Part shown: positions 48,637 through 58,804 of the stretch, one piece after another
Numbering within the stretch: the stretch's first letter is position 1
Layout: each line of letters starts with the position of its first letter
Assembly: GCA_043767845.1 (NCBI GenBank)
Contig: JAYUFZ010000008.1
Span: 4,242 to 68,241, forward strand
From: a bacterium
GTDB taxonomy: Bacteria; Patescibacteriota; Saccharimonadia; UBA4664; JBBRNT01
Length of the DNA: 64,000 nt
Direction: 5' to 3'
The notes under the pieces: generated by a model
Database searches by the model: none
The model's input: the letters and a program-made list of their open reading frames with translations, nothing else
Told to the model about the DNA's origin: nothing
Position numbers and translations under genes: made by a program

Positions 48637-51611
48637 TGGATCTGGTTCTCTCTCTTCTTTCTAGCATTATCCAACTGATCGGTCTCATCCTCTTCAAATT
48701 CTACGGATGGGTCGTTGTGGTTGCTGTACTTGGTTATTTAATCTGGCAAAATCGCCGTCGGGAGGTTTGGGTGAACGGTAGCGAATACACACTCTTAAAA
48801 ATAGGCGTGCCTCGTGAGAACGAGAAGAAGGAATTATCGGCCGAGCAAATGTTCGCCAGTTTGCACGGCATTTTGCGTTCGGCCGAAGAGTTAGCCAAGG
48901 ATGGCGCTCTCCAAGATCATCTTAGTTTCGAGATCGCCTCGATCAAAAACCAGATTCAATTCTATGTCTGGACGCCAAAACACCTCAAAGACTTCGTGGT
49001 CGGCCAGATCTATGCCCAATACCCCAGTGTGCATATTGAAGAGGACGCAGTCGACTATACCACCCCCGAGCCGGGCCAAAACCACAGCCTGGGAACCGAA
49101 CTCAAACTCGTCAAGAATGAAGTATTGCCAATAAAAGTTTTTGCCTCTTTCGAAGTCGACCCGCTGGCCGGCATTACTGCCGTGATGGCCAAGCTCGACC
49201 AGCAAAGTGAAGAAATGTGGGTTCAAATCCTGGCCCGCCCAACCGACGACGCTTGGCGTGACCGGGGGCTCAAATACATCGACGAGCTCAAGAGTGGCAA
49301 GAAGACAAGTATTATGGATCAGCTTATCAAGATGCTCATCGACCTGCCAATGCACGTATTAAGCAACCTGTTCAGCGGACTGGCTACGCCACCCGAAGCC
49401 AAGAAGGAAGAGAAAAAAGAAGAAAAGAAAGAATTATCCATCGGCCAGGCGTCGCTAGCCAAGGGCGCTGAAGAGAAAATCAATAAGCTTGGCTTTGAGA
49501 TCAAGATCCGCATAGCCTACATGGGGCCAGACGAAACCCTCGCCAAACAACGTATCCAGGCTATCGTAGGCGGCTTCAAACAATTCAACACCAATAACCT
49601 CAATGGCTTTACCTCAAGCGGTATGAACACTACCCAGAGCTTCATCGACGACTACCGAGCCCGGCTCTTTCTCGATGACGGCTATGTCTTAAACATTGAG
49701 GAATTAGCTGGCCTCTACCATTTGCCGCACAAAAGCGTCGAAACGCCAAACCTGGCCTGGGCAACGAGCAAAAATGCCGAGCCTCCATTTACATTGCCAG
49801 GCGAGGGGAGTGTGCCAGACGCCGAGCTGAGCTTGATAGGCCTCACCAACTTCCGTGGCCACCAGATCAAATTCGGTATTAAGCGAGCGGATCGTGGTCG
49901 CCATCTCTACATTATCGGCCAGACCGGAACCGGTAAGTCTTTCTTACTGCAATTGTTGATGCTTTCTGACCTGTACCACAATGTTGGTATGGCCGTCGTC
50001 GATCCCCACGGTGATCTCGCAACCGATATCATGCGATATATCCCTGAGCATCGGCTTAAGGATGTCGTCTATTTCAACCCGGCCGATCGCGATTTCCCGA
50101 TCGCCTTCAACCCGATGGAAGTCACTGACCCAAACTTCAAGAATATGATCTCCTCAGAGCTTGTCGGCGTGCTCAAGCGGCTCTTTGAGTCCTGGGGCCC
50201 TAGGTTGGAGTACATCCTGCGGTTCACCATACTAGCGCTACTTGATTATCCAAATGCCACGATGCTCGGCATTACCCGGATGTTGACCGAGAAGAATTTC
50301 CGCAACCGAGTTATCAAGCAGATCAAAGACCCGATCGTCAAAAACTTCTGGGTTACTGAGTTTGCTTCATGGAACGATAAGTTTGCCTCCGAAGCTGTTG
50401 CCCCGGTACTCAATAAAGTCGGCGCTTTCACCGCCAATCCACTCGTCCGCAACATCATTGGCCAGCCGAAGAGTGGCGTGAACCTACGTAAAATTATGGA
50501 CGAGGGCAAGATCCTAGTAGTCAACTTATCAACTGGTCTCGTGGGCGAAGACAATGCCGGCATCCTCGGAGCCCTGATGGTCACCAAGATCCAGCTGGCT
50601 GCTATGAGCCGGGCCGATATCGTTGATAAGAATATGCGCCGCCCATTCTACCTTTATGTTGATGAGTTCCAGAACTTTGCCACCGACTCATTTGCGGTCA
50701 TCCTGTCGGAGGCTCGTAAGTATGGGCTCAATCTAACAGTCGCCAACCAATATGTCTCACAGATGCCTGAAACAGTCCGCGATGCGGTCTTTGGTAACGT
50801 CGGTTCAATGATCAGCATGCGCGTTGGTGCCGCCGATGGCACAATCTTGGGCAAATACTTTGAGCCAACCTTTTTGGCCAACGACCTCATAACCCTCAAC
50901 AATCAAAATTGTCTGATAAGCATGAGTATCGACGGTGAGAAAACCACGCCGTTTAGTGCTGTAACTTTGCGCATGCCAACGCCGAGTGCCGACCATACCG
51001 ACCAGATTATCGCCCTTACTCGTGAGAAATTTGCTTCCAGCCGGGCAGAGGTTGAGGACAAAATTGCCAAATGGACCGAGGGTGCCGATGACCAAGCCGA
51101 GAGTGGCGAGCCAGCCGACGGTGCAGCAGCCGATCCAACAGATAAGCCCAATCTGTTGATAACTGAGCAAAAACCGAACAATCCATTTCTGGCTGGGCTC
51201 AAGAACCCCGAAGCTGGCAGTATCCCAGCCCCAACCATAAGTGAGAACAGGGGAGGCCAGGGGAGTAATCGGCCGGTTTCTAAGAATGTGAATGATGTCT
51301 ATCGGCCGGCCGAGCATCGACGTGAGAACACTCCTTCGAACGCGCCAGCCCCGGCCACAAGCTATGTCGAAGACCGCAGTCAAGCAGCAGCGGCAGTTCC
51401 AACGCAAGCGGCCCCGCAATACATCGAGCAAGTGCCAACCCAGCAGCCCACAAGCACCCCATTCCTGCATAACGCCGACGAGTTAGCCCTTATAGAAGCC
51501 ACCCGGCGGGCTATCGCCAACTTGCCGACGCTAGAAAGCCCTCTCAACGCCCCTCAGCAGCCTGTGGCCGCTGGCAACATTCATGACGGGCAATCAACCA
51601 ACTTGCGTTAG
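48636..51611 (+). CDS. Membrane-anchored TraD/VirD4-like (DUF87/HerA-FtsK) ATPase
   Basis: N-terminal TM; HLYIIGQTGTGKS, DPHGD, LYVDEFQNF, EARKY, ANQY, VFGNVG; disordered tail. Confidence 0.9.
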   Translation: MDLVLSLLSSIIQLIGLILFKFYGWVVVVAVLGYLIWQNRRREVWVNGSEYTLLKIGVPRENEKKELSAEQMFASLHGILRSAEELAKDGALQDHLSFEIASIKNQIQFYVWTPKHLKDFVVGQIYAQYPSVHIEEDAVDYTTPEPGQNHSLGTELKLVKNEVLPIKVFASFEVDPLAGITAVMAKLDQQSEEMWVQILARPTDDAWRDRGLKYIDELKSGKKTSIMDQLIKMLIDLPMHVLSNLFSGLATPPEAKKEEKKEEKKELSIGQASLAKGAEEKINKLGFEIKIRIAYMGPDETLAKQRIQAIVGGFKQFNTNNLNGFTSSGMNTTQSFIDDYRARLFLDDGYVLNIEELAGLYHLPHKSVETPNLAWATSKNAEPPFTLPGEGSVPDAELSLIGLTNFRGHQIKFGIKRADRGRHLYIIGQTGTGKSFLLQLLMLSDLYHNVGMAVVDPHGDLATDIMRYIPEHRLKDVVYFNPADRDFPIAFNPMEVTDPNFKNMISSELVGVLKRLFESWGPRLEYILRFTILALLDYPNATMLGITRMLTEKNFRNRVIKQIKDPIVKNFWVTEFASWNDKFASEAVAPVLNKVGAFTANPLVRNIIGQPKSGVNLRKIMDEGKILVVNLSTGLVGEDNAGILGALMVTKIQLAAMSRADIVDKNMRRPFYLYVDEFQNFATDSFAVILSEARKYGLNLTVANQYVSQMPETVRDAVFGNVGSMISMRVGAADGTILGKYFEPTFLANDLITLNNQNCLISMSIDGEKTTPFSAVTLRMPTPSADHTDQIIALTREKFASSRAEVEDKIAKWTEGADDQAESGEPADGAAADPTDKPNLLITEQKPNNPFLAGLKNPEAGSIPAPTISENRGGQGSNRPVSKNVNDVYRPAEHRRENTPSNAPAPATSYVEDRSQAAAAVPTQAAPQYIEQVPTQQPTSTPFLHNADELALIEATRRAIANLPTLESPLNAPQQPVAAGNIHDGQSTNLR

Positions 51612-51638
51612 AATGGCCCTTAAAACGGCTGCAAGTGT

Positions 51639-51675
51639 CAAAATACCCCCCAAGCAATGCAAGGCGGGTATTTTG
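51639..51675. terminator. Probable terminator
   Basis: CAAAATACCC..GGGTATTTTG. Confidence 0.65.
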
Positions 51676-51857
51676 TATCTGTCCTACAGATGGGATCATG
51701 CCAACACTTTTATCCAGCGTGGAGATTGATAACACCTGCACACTCAACCGTCAAAGACTAGTTCGGTTTTTGTTTGCTAGGCAGAAAGCGTTTGGTGCAT
51801 TTACAAACGATGCAATATGACGTCTAGAGCCAGGGGACAACGTGGGATACAGCAAGG

Positions 51858-51930
51858 ATAACAAAACACCGGAGACTACATAGAAATTACTCAAGAGTGG
51901 GGCAATTGCACTTCTCCGGTGTTTTGTTAT
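51858..51930. repeat. 18-bp perfect inverted repeat, 37-bp spacer
   Basis: ATAACAAAACACCGGAGA..TCTCCGGTGTTTTGTTAT. Confidence 0.9.
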
Positions 51931-51932
51931 TA

Positions 51933-51960
51933 GTGTCGCACAATGTATATTTTGCGTCTT
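51933..51960. other. dif-like (Xer-type) 11-6-11 site
   Basis: GTGTCGCACAA-TGTATA-TTTTGCGTCTT compared with E. coli dif GGTGCGCATAA-TGTATA-TTATGTTAAAT. Confidence 0.45.
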
Positions 51961-52275
51961 AGTAAATAGATAAGCAAAGACGACTAGTAGTGCCTCTCAT
52001 GGCCATGTCGCATGCTGTATTATACCTGTTGCAAGCCATTATTCGTGCATTTTAGAAAACACTATAAGTATTTGTTAAGTCGCTAAAACACCATTTAAGC
52101 GACTAAATTGACGCTGGAGCCAGGCCCGTCAAAATATCGCTTTTCATTTGAGAATTCTGATATTTGGAATGAGTATTATTTACCACGGCCATAATGATTT
52201 TGCGATATGCCATGACTCTAAGAACAAATACCGAACAGTAGGGAGGAGTACCCGAACGCCGATTTGGGCTGGCAT

Positions 52276-53097
52276 TTACTTGTAGTAGGCTTTGCCGGCA
52301 ATACGGAGGTCGATGTACTCACTTGGCGGGGGCTTCTTAAGTCTGGCCAGCTCGGCCAGCACCCGGTTGAGGCTGGCTAAAGCATCCTGGACGCTACGCG
52401 TCGTATCAAATTTTACAACATAGCCTTTTGATGTTGTAACATAAACTTCTGTCGTAGTGTCTGGGATGCGCATGCCGGTAATTCCCAGGCCGGTTTGGCC
52501 AACCATGGCCTGCACTAGGCCTGTACAAAATTCCACGAACCTCGCCCCCACTACCCGCTCCCCAACCTTCACTGGTAGGTTTGTCCCATCGAGAACCACG
52601 GGGAGCTTACTCCCCTCCCCTGCTACCTCGGCTATGACGGTGCCATCAATATCCAGCTGGTAACTTTTGTTTGCCGATTTCCAGATCAGGCTCGGTATCC
52701 GTTCGGTCACCCGCAGCTCGAGGCCATTAGGCCACAACCGCCCGACCTCAACAGATTTGATCAGTAGCAAATGTTCCTGCAACTGTTTGGCTAACTGATC
52801 GGTATCTACAGTCGTGATATTGCCCGACCAGAGGCTTTTTTGCAATTCACTGCGAGTGGCGCTCTCGAGCTGGGCAGTTTCGATGCTTTTATTGCCTTTA
52901 ATAACAATTCGCCGAATACTGAACAGCTGTGACCAGCCGATACAGACCAGGAGGGTCACAAAAGCCGCCAAACTCCAGCGTAGATTAAGCCTTGGTAATC
53001 TATGACTCCGGCGGTTGCTCGGCCTGTTCTGGCGGCCGTACATCGACGTCGAGGCTGGCCGACGCATATTTACTACCTTGCGCCGACTCTCACTCAT
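52276..53097 (-). CDS. ftsQ: Cell division protein FtsQ/DivIB
   Basis: TM, POTRA (F.IRRIVIKGN..WPNGL..VTER), YIDLR C-terminus; follows murG. Start moved to 53097. Confidence 0.85.
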   Translation of the reverse strand: MSESRRKVVNMRRPASTSMYGRQNRPSNRRSHRLPRLNLRWSLAAFVTLLVCIGWSQLFSIRRIVIKGNKSIETAQLESATRSELQKSLWSGNITTVDTDQLAKQLQEHLLLIKSVEVGRLWPNGLELRVTERIPSLIWKSANKSYQLDIDGTVIAEVAGEGSKLPVVLDGTNLPVKVGERVVGARFVEFCTGLVQAMVGQTGLGITGMRIPDTTTEVYVTTSKGYVVKFDTTRSVQDALASLNRVLAELARLKKPPPSEYIDLRIAGKAYYK

Positions 53098-54310
53098 GGT
53101 GGTCACCGCTACGCTCCCCACTGCCCTCCTCATCCACTGCTTTCGGCTGCTTATCGGCGCGGGCATTGTCGACCAATAGCTGCGCCAGGTCGCGAGCAGC
53201 ATTAGGACGAGCAAAGTTCGCTATATGTTCGGCTAGTCGCTCCATCTCAGCGCTGTCCCCACTAATCTTGCGCAATTCAGCAGTCAAAGACCGGGGTGAG
53301 AGCTTGTCTTCACCGAGGACACGTACTGCCCCGGCCCGGCCAAGCATTCGGGCATTCTCGGTCTGATGGCCACCGGTCAGGCGATGGTTTGGCACCAGGA
53401 TTGTCGGCTTTGCCAGAGAGGCCAGCTCGGCTATGGTATTGGCCCCGGCCCTGGCCACGACAATGTCAGCCGCGGCTAGAGCCAGCCCCATGTCGTTGGT
53501 CAAGAAGGAAAAAGCTTGGTAGCGCTTCGGATATTTTAGCTTGAGCCGGCTTACTTCGAAGCGTACTTGCTCAATTTCTTTTTCTCCAGTGTGGTGGATT
53601 ACTTGAAAATACTGCGTGAGCTCCGGCAAGGCTCCAACAACGGCCTGGTTAATAGCATGCGCGCCTTGGCTACCACCGGTGACGAAAATAATTGGCAGAT
53701 CGGCCTGGAGACCGAAATGTGCTAGCCCCTCCAGGCGATGGACGGTCAACAGTTCGCTACGCACCGGATTGCCGACATACTCAAGTTTACTTGCCGGAAA
53801 AACCGGGCCATACTTATCAATTGGAAACCCAGTAGCTATCTTGGTCGCCCGCTTGGCCAGTATTCGGTTGGCAAGCCCCGGCAGGGTGTCCGATTCGTGG
53901 ATAACGTATGGTATGCGCATAACCCCAGCGGCAATTCCCAGAGGCAAACCGACATATCCACCCTTGAGAAAAATGATGTTTGGCTTAAAGCGGCGCAATA
54001 TACCAAAAGCCTGGAAAATACCGCGCGCAACCCGAAATAGATCGCGGATGTTTAGAAACAACGTCTCGAGGTCGAAGATATTGGCCAGCAAATGCCGGTT
54101 GTGATAGCGGCGTATTTTGCCGGATGTGACTGTGTCAAAACGAAAACCAGCCGCCTGGGCGATCTTTTGTTCCATACTGCCCTTGCCACCGACATAGAGA
54201 ATGTCGGCCGACTTATCGAGCCGCTTTAACTGTTCGACTGTAGCGAGGATCGGCGAGATATGACCCGCTGTCCCCCCGCCGGAGACGAGAATTCGCATCT
54301 TTGGCCTCAT
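53090..54310 (-). CDS. murG: Lipid II GlcNAc transferase MurG
   Basis: SGGGTAGHISP, KGGYVG, HESD..PGLAN, GNPVR, TGGSQGA, RAGANT motifs. Confidence 0.96.
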   Translation of the reverse strand: MRPKMRILVSGGGTAGHISPILATVEQLKRLDKSADILYVGGKGSMEQKIAQAAGFRFDTVTSGKIRRYHNRHLLANIFDLETLFLNIRDLFRVARGIFQAFGILRRFKPNIIFLKGGYVGLPLGIAAGVMRIPYVIHESDTLPGLANRILAKRATKIATGFPIDKYGPVFPASKLEYVGNPVRSELLTVHRLEGLAHFGLQADLPIIFVTGGSQGAHAINQAVVGALPELTQYFQVIHHTGEKEIEQVRFEVSRLKLKYPKRYQAFSFLTNDMGLALAAADIVVARAGANTIAELASLAKPTILVPNHRLTGGHQTENARMLGRAGAVRVLGEDKLSPRSLTAELRKISGDSAEMERLAEHIANFARPNAARDLAQLLVDNARADKQPKAVDEEGSGERSGDHHE

Positions 54311-55442
54311 AGGTTGTGTATTTTGATATGTTCACCAGAATGCCAATAGCAAACATGCTCATGACCAGGCTCGAGCCACCGTAACTAATGTACGGCAGCG
54401 GGATGCCTGTCAACGGAATCAGCGATAGCATTGCGCCTATGTTTATTATAGCCTGGAACATCAACCATATGCCAATTCCAGTGGCCACCAGCCGCCCGAA
54501 TGTGTCCGGCGCCTTGCGGGCAATGCGAAAAGCCCGCCAGACCAATAGCCCGAACAGGATAATCAGCATCACCGAGCCGATCATGCCAAACTCTTCAGCA
54601 ATTATGGCGAATATTGAGTCGTTCGGCGCCTCTGGCAGGTAGCCATAGACTTGCACGCTGCGGCCCAGACCAACGCCAAAAAGTCCACCACTACCCACAG
54701 CTATCAGTGCCTGCTGAATGTGATAGCCGGTGTCCGAACTGTCTCGGCTAGGGTCAAGAAAGGTCAAAAGCCGCTCCATGCGATGCGGAAAAAGAATAAT
54801 CGCAAGCCATCCCGCTGCCAATCCCGAGCCGATCATGCCCAGAAAATGGCGTGGTCGGACGCCGGCTACCCACAGCATGCCGAGCGCTAGGCCGGCTAGT
54901 ACTAGCATTGTTCCCATGTCACGCTGGAAAACGACGATCACCAGGCTTATCAAAGCCATCATTACCCCAAACGGGATTATCGCCTCCGACAGCGAGCTAA
55001 TATCCTTGCCTTTTTTCTCGAACCAATTGGCCAAATACAATACCAGCGCCAGTTTCATGAGTTCGGCTGGCTGGAATGACACCGGGCCGAGCTTCAGCCA
55101 ACGGGTGGCGCCGTTTTTAGCAAAACTCAGACCTGGCACCATGATCACCAGCAGCGCGAAGATAGCCACCAGCATGATACGCGGCGCCCACTTACGCCAG
55201 GTAGTGTAGCGAATCTGGCTGGCCACAATCCAGCAGACCAGACCTATGCCAACATTTACCAGGTGATTGTAAAAGTAAAAATTCCGACTGGCACTACCGA
55301 CCAGTTTTTGGCTCTGGATCGGGCTAATCGAGTACATCACGATCAACCCGATGGCTACGAGCACAAAAGTTAGCAAGATCAAGCCGTAATCGGCGGCATG
55401 CGAACGCCGGACTACCTCACCCGCCCCGGTAGTACCCGCCAC
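54213..55442 (-). CDS. ftsW: SEDS peptidoglycan polymerase FtsW
   Basis: NGATRW, FQPAELMK, RDMGT, GSGG..G.GLG, LPEAPNDSIFAIIAEEFG, GIPLPYISYGGSS. Confidence 0.95.
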   Translation of the reverse strand: MAGTTGAGEVVRRSHAADYGLILLTFVLVAIGLIVMYSISPIQSQKLVGSASRNFYFYNHLVNVGIGLVCWIVASQIRYTTWRKWAPRIMLVAIFALLVIMVPGLSFAKNGATRWLKLGPVSFQPAELMKLALVLYLANWFEKKGKDISSLSEAIIPFGVMMALISLVIVVFQRDMGTMLVLAGLALGMLWVAGVRPRHFLGMIGSGLAAGWLAIILFPHRMERLLTFLDPSRDSSDTGYHIQQALIAVGSGGLFGVGLGRSVQVYGYLPEAPNDSIFAIIAEEFGMIGSVMLIILFGLLVWRAFRIARKAPDTFGRLVATGIGIWLMFQAIINIGAMLSLIPLTGIPLPYISYGGSSLVMSMFAIGILVNISKYTTYEAKDANSRLRRGDSGSYLADPRYSRTVKAAR

Positions 55443-56477
55443 CTAGCGTTTATTCCCAATGAGCGCCAGTATCAGTCCTATCGTGCCAACGATTTGGCCA
55501 ACAACCCACAGCCGCATAGTTACCTTGGTTTCTGGCCACCCTAGCGCCTCAAGATGATGATGCAGCGGCGCTGAAATGAAGATTTTACGCTTAAAGACTT
55601 TCTTGGAGAAAATCTGCAATACGCTTGAAGCAGCTTCCACCACAAAGACTGCCGCAATAATCGGTAATACAAAAACAGTATTAGTAAGCATTGCCACCAC
55701 CCCAAGTGTTGTACCTAAGGCGAAAGAGCCGCTGTCGCCCATGAAGAACCGCGCTGGATAGATATTGAACCAGGTATAAGTCAGCATTGCTCCAACAACC
55801 GTGGCGCAGAAGCCGGCCAGCCCAAAGCTGCCCTGGAAATAGGCAATTACCGCGTAGGCTCCAAAGGCTATGGACAGCAAACCACCCGACAGCCCGTCGA
55901 GGCCATCTGTGATATTGACGGCGTTGGCTGTGGAAACCACCACGCTAATGAATAGTGGTACGTATAGCCAGCCAATATTAATATCGCCGTAAGCAGGTAT
56001 GTGGATGAGGCTGTAGCCGAGTTTGTAGTAGAAATAGAGCGCTCCAGCCAGGGCAATTCCAGAAATCAGCGAAAACTTGATCTTACCACGCATCCCAGCA
56101 ATCCCCAGCCCCTCGCTGCGGATATTGAGAAAGTCGTCAAACAGGCCTACGACACCAGCCGCCACCAGCACAAAAAGTGGCAAATAGGTCTGCGAGCGGC
56201 TCAGGTTGAAAATTACGGTCACCAGCGTAATGGCCAAAATCATGATCAAGCCACCCATCGTTGGAATGTTACGCTTGTGTTTCTCGGCGTGTAGCTTGGC
56301 GTAGACTGTGGCCTTCTCGCCAGTTATGGCATCGGTACGGGGACGTTTCCAGAGCTTGTATTTGAAAGCGAAGTGGGTGTAGATCGGGGTAATAGCCATG
56401 GCCACTAAAAAGCCAAGCGAAGCCTCAGCAAATATATGTGAGAGCGGGATGATGGTTGACTGGTGTAAGAGTGTCAT
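55443..56477 (-). CDS. mraY: Phospho-MurNAc-pentapeptide transferase
   Basis: PTMGG, DD, NAVNITDGLDGL, FFMGDSGS, APLHHHLE motifs. Confidence 0.96.
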   Translation of the reverse strand: MTLLHQSTIIPLSHIFAEASLGFLVAMAITPIYTHFAFKYKLWKRPRTDAITGEKATVYAKLHAEKHKRNIPTMGGLIMILAITLVTVIFNLSRSQTYLPLFVLVAAGVVGLFDDFLNIRSEGLGIAGMRGKIKFSLISGIALAGALYFYYKLGYSLIHIPAYGDINIGWLYVPLFISVVVSTANAVNITDGLDGLSGGLLSIAFGAYAVIAYFQGSFGLAGFCATVVGAMLTYTWFNIYPARFFMGDSGSFALGTTLGVVAMLTNTVFVLPIIAAVFVVEAASSVLQIFSKKVFKRKIFISAPLHHHLEALGWPETKVTMRLWVVGQIVGTIGLILALIGNKR

Positions 56478-56529
56478 GGGGTTTACTTCTTTGGGTTATT
56501 GTAGCATATCTGGGTTCGCTGAGGCGCTG

Positions 56530-58278
56530 CTAACTACTCGGTGGTATCGCATAGTAACGCAGCAGCCACTGGGTGATGTTGGCAAAAATCGGCACCGTCG
56601 TCGACTCGGCGAAGCCACTGGTTTTTGGCTCATTGACGCGTACCATCATCACAAAACGTGGCTTTTCGACCGGTGCCAGGCCAATGAATGAACCAATGTT
56701 TTTACCCTCCTCATAGCCTTGGCCGTCGGCTCGCGGGATCTGGGCGGTACCGGTTTTGCCGGCAATCTTATAGCCTGGGATCTTAGTGAGATACCCCGAC
56801 CCGTGCTCGACTACTTGGATAAGCATCTGGACCAGGTCACTTGCCGCCTGGCTAGTGATAACCTGCTTATTAACCACTCGTGGTTCGTGGCTCACGGTAG
56901 TGCCATCGGGCTTAATAATTTTGTCGATAATGTATGGCTGGTAGAGTGTGCCGCCGTTGGCAATGGCCGACATGGCCGAGACCATCTGCAACATTGTCAC
57001 CGAAATACCTTGGCCGAAGCTCATATTGGCGTAGTTCACATCGGGTGTCGAAGGGGCGTTAACCGCCCCGCTGGCCTCCCCCGCGACCTCGATGCCAGTC
57101 TTGATACCAAAGCCAAAACGCTTGGTAAGATAATCATAATAGAGTTTCTTGCCCGCCTGCGTGATCCGTGTCGGATCACCACCAAGACTCTTAAGCACAA
57201 AAATAACACCAGTATTGAGTGATTTCTGAATGACATCGGTCATGGTCTGGATCCCAAACTTGTGGCCCTCGGCGTTGCGGATCACCCGGCCGCTGACCTC
57301 TTCCTGGCCGGTATCGTTATAGGTTGTGGCCACCTGGACTTTGCCACTATCGAGGCCGGCGGCCATGGTAAAGGCCTTAAAGCCTGAGCCGGGCTCGAAA
57401 TTGTCGCTGACCACCGAGTTACTAAACTGACTGTAGTCGGTAACCTTGGTATAGTCGTTGGGGTCGTAGGTTGGGTAGTTGGCCATAGCCAGCACTGCCC
57501 CGCTACTGGGGTCCACAATTACCACACTACCGGATTTGGCACCGACCGCCTCGACGCCGCTTTTTAGAAATTTTTCGGCTTGCGACTGGATATTTCTGTC
57601 AATGGTAATCACGTAGCTCGAGCCGTCAACTGGTAGCTTGAGCAAGTTGTCGGCGGTGGCGATAGGTATCCCACGAGTGTCAGTTTTGGCTTTGAGGAGG
57701 CCCGGTTTACCAGTAAGCTCACCATTGAGATAACCCTCAAGGCCGTATTGGCCTTGGCCATCGGCATTGACGAAGCCAGTGATCTGGCTGGCCAGTGAGC
57801 CCTCCGGGTATACGCGGTAGGTTTCATCGACCATTCCAACCCCAGCCAAATTCAGGGCGCTAACCTTGGTAGCGACATCGCTGGTGAGCTTGTTTTCCAG
57901 CGCCACATACTCCCCGCCTTTGCCGAGCAAGTCGTAGTATTTGGTGGCCGAGCCGCCAGTCACCTCGGCCAGTGCTCGGGCGGTCTTCACCTTATCACTT
58001 ATAAAGCTGGGGTCGGCGTAGAGCAGCTTGAGGGTCTGGTTGAGTACCAGCGGCGAGGTGTCATCGTGATCATGCATATAGATCTCCCCACGCTGGGCCG
58101 GCACCTCATACTTACGCTGGTGAATATTAGCCCCCAGTGCCTGATAGCGATCGTGCTCGAGTATTTGGATTTGAAATAGCCGGATCGTAAAAATTAGGCC
58201 AACGCCAAGCAGACTGGCCATCAGCCAGCCCAACCGAGCTTTCGGTGTAAGTTGATCGCTATAGGTAGTGGTACTCAA
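56530..58278 (-). CDS. ftsI: Class B PBP (FtsI)
   Basis: RGEIY, R.YP.G, GLE, EPGSGFK, SLN, GKTGTAQ motifs; dcw context. Confidence 0.93.
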   Translation of the reverse strand: MSTTTYSDQLTPKARLGWLMASLLGVGLIFTIRLFQIQILEHDRYQALGANIHQRKYEVPAQRGEIYMHDHDDTSPLVLNQTLKLLYADPSFISDKVKTARALAEVTGGSATKYYDLLGKGGEYVALENKLTSDVATKVSALNLAGVGMVDETYRVYPEGSLASQITGFVNADGQGQYGLEGYLNGELTGKPGLLKAKTDTRGIPIATADNLLKLPVDGSSYVITIDRNIQSQAEKFLKSGVEAVGAKSGSVVIVDPSSGAVLAMANYPTYDPNDYTKVTDYSQFSNSVVSDNFEPGSGFKAFTMAAGLDSGKVQVATTYNDTGQEEVSGRVIRNAEGHKFGIQTMTDVIQKSLNTGVIFVLKSLGGDPTRITQAGKKLYYDYLTKRFGFGIKTGIEVAGEASGAVNAPSTPDVNYANMSFGQGISVTMLQMVSAMSAIANGGTLYQPYIIDKIIKPDGTTVSHEPRVVNKQVITSQAASDLVQMLIQVVEHGSGYLTKIPGYKIAGKTGTAQIPRADGQGYEEGKNIGSFIGLAPVEKPRFVMMVRVNEPKTSGFAESTTVPIFANITQWLLRYYAIPPSS

Positions 58279-58369
58279 AACATATCCAGTTTAACATTCT
58301 TTCTATCCGAGGTGCCCGAAGAAGCTCTCTATCTGAGCAACCAGCTGCAGAGATCAATGATTGCGCCGG

Positions 58370-58687
58370 CTACTTGGCGTAGCTCACTGGCCCTTCGATA
58401 ACCATACTGGCCACTACCGGCGAGGCTTGAACCTGCTGGATCGACTGCAAACGAGCGGCTTCCACTTCCAACTCTTGCTTCATATTCACTGCCTTATCGC
58501 GCTGCCTCGATAATTCGGTTGATTTATAGCCATAAATACTCGTCTTGGTGATCTGGTTTAGGTACAGTAGCGCAAGTACGCTGATGGCGAGCATAGTTAA
58601 GATACTGGCTGACACTGGACCTAACTGGACCTTGGTTTTTTCTCGATATAGATTTTGATTGCGTCGTATGGCTATGGCTGTTGACAT
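58370..58687 (-). CDS. ftsL: FtsL-like cell division protein
   Basis: Short cytoplasmic tail, TM, coiled coil; located between rsmH and ftsI; AGGAGG SD. Confidence 0.7.
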   Translation of the reverse strand: MSTAIAIRRNQNLYREKTKVQLGPVSASILTMLAISVLALLYLNQITKTSIYGYKSTELSRQRDKAVNMKQELEVEAARLQSIQQVQASPVVASMVIEGPVSYAK

Positions 58688-58740
58688 AAGCCCTCCTGAA
58701 ATTTTTTTGTATTTTTGTTTTTGTTTTACGAGTCGGCACG

Positions 58741-58804
58741 GTTTAGGTGGTGCAGCACGCTCATCTCGGGAACCGAAAGTTCCGCGCGCTGCACCAGGCT
58801 AAAC
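58741..58804 (-). other. Long GC-rich hairpin in the rsmH-ftsL interval
   Basis: GTTTAG..TGGTGCAGCGCGC-GGAAC-TTTCG-GTTCC..GCGTGCTGCACCA..CTAAAC. Confidence 0.8.

Noticed and set aside
51789-51814. Apparent pseudoknot CGTTTG-G-TGCAT-TTA-CAAACG-ATGCA
   Set aside because: Loop lengths of 0-1 nt are sterically implausible and the short stems could occur by chance.
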